This document shows positions 63,582-64,000 of a stretch of 64,000 bases of DNA, piece after piece. The DNA is from an uncultured Selenomonadales bacterium. GTDB lineage: Bacteria > Bacillota > Negativicutes > Selenomonadales > Selenomonadaceae. The translations under genes and the position numbers were made by a program. Under the pieces are notes generated by a model that saw only the letters and a list, made by a program, of their open reading frames with translations, was not told the DNA's origin and made no database searches. Location: contig CALFJB010000056.1 of assembly GCA_937877565.1 (NCBI GenBank), forward strand, positions 11,151 to 75,150. The letters run 5' to 3'. Numbering within the stretch: position 1 is the stretch's first letter; every line of letters starts with the position of its first letter.

Positions 63582-64000
63582 CTAGCCTCTATTCGCCGAA
63601 TTTACCGCAAGCGTACCTTTCAAACTGCGTAAACGTCCTGCCGCACTGCCGTCAATTCGTTTATCGCCTATCGTTACAATCAGTCCGCCTAAAATTGATT
63701 TATCTTCGTGTTTACGAATTTGAATTTTTTTGCCGGTTACTGCCGCAAGTTTTTTAGTAAGCTGATTTTCCTGCGTCTTTGTAAGCGGAAACGCCATTAC
63801 TACATCTGCTACCAAAATTCCCTGCTCCTGATTTTTTAAGCCCGTGAAAATTTCGTAAATCTCGTTGAAAATTCCAATTCGATTTTTATCAACCAGCAAC
63901 AGTAAAAAATTCATTACTTCGGCTGAAATTTCATCTTTGAAAGCCTTTGCAAGTAAATCTTTTTTCGCTTGATGCGGGATTAACGGATTCTGAAAAAATT
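63582..64000 (-). CDS. atpH: F1 ATP synthase delta subunit (5' end outside window)
   Basis: The frame stays open upstream of the tracked Met to the window edge (FFQNPLIPHQAKKDLLAKAFKDEISAEVMNFLLLLVDKNR...), typical of delta/OSCP. Confidence 0.85.
   Translation of the reverse strand, partial: FFQNPLIPHQAKKDLLAKAFKDEISAEVMNFLLLLVDKNRIGIFNEIYEIFTGLKNQEQGILVADVVMAFPLTKTQENQLTKKLAAVTGKKIQIRKHEDKSILGGLIVTIGDKRIDGSAAGRLRSLKGTLAVNSANRG

Overview
This is a 64-kb chromosomal window from a low-GC, Firmicutes-like anaerobe (about 40% GC by eye). All calls were made by hand from the sequence and ORF track; family names come from remembered motifs, not searches. Host backbone: map (3' end), DEAD-box helicase, lipoprotein, PPi-type phosphofructokinase, MATE pump, ComM/YifB, acetolactate decarboxylase, YraN, nitroreductase, Tat-exported flavoprotein, purF, mnmG, mnmE, HelD-like helicase, mannose-class PTS IIB/IIC/IID, GT2, acyl-CoA synthetase, TelA, a PASTA-containing class B PBP, a STAS protein and atpH-A-G-D-C. 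There are three toxin-antitoxin modules: HepT with two MntA copies, a YoeB-like pair, and HicAB inside the atp operon. Positions 26.35-53.64 kb hold a ~27-kb prophage-like element transcribed almost entirely on the minus strand. Its head and neck genes follow lambda order (Nu1-A-W-B-C-D-E-FII-Z-U) and run into a contractile-sheath gene. I recognise no tube, tape measure, baseplate, integrase, repressor or endolysin. Main signals worth follow-up: (1) a perfect 59-bp direct repeat (24616-24674 and 54342-54400) brackets the acyl-CoA synthetase gene, the prophage and the 5' part of telA; (2) a perfect 22-bp inverted repeat brackets a cassette of four small paralogous genes just downstream of the sheath gene; (3) six small proteins form a paralog family, one fused to a beta-helix repeat domain; (4) telomere-like heptamer arrays (TTAGGGA/CCCTAAN and variants) sit at intercistronic junctions in both host and phage DNA; (5) the 8-mer CTGCGCGA occurs at least 34 times, in several reading frames and in non-coding DNA; (6) a structured repeat family shows compensatory stem changes; (7) a 590-bp non-coding locus next to atpC has a consensus promoter and twin hairpins; (8) telA has extreme C-over-G skew; (9) atpG carries a ~65-aa insertion.
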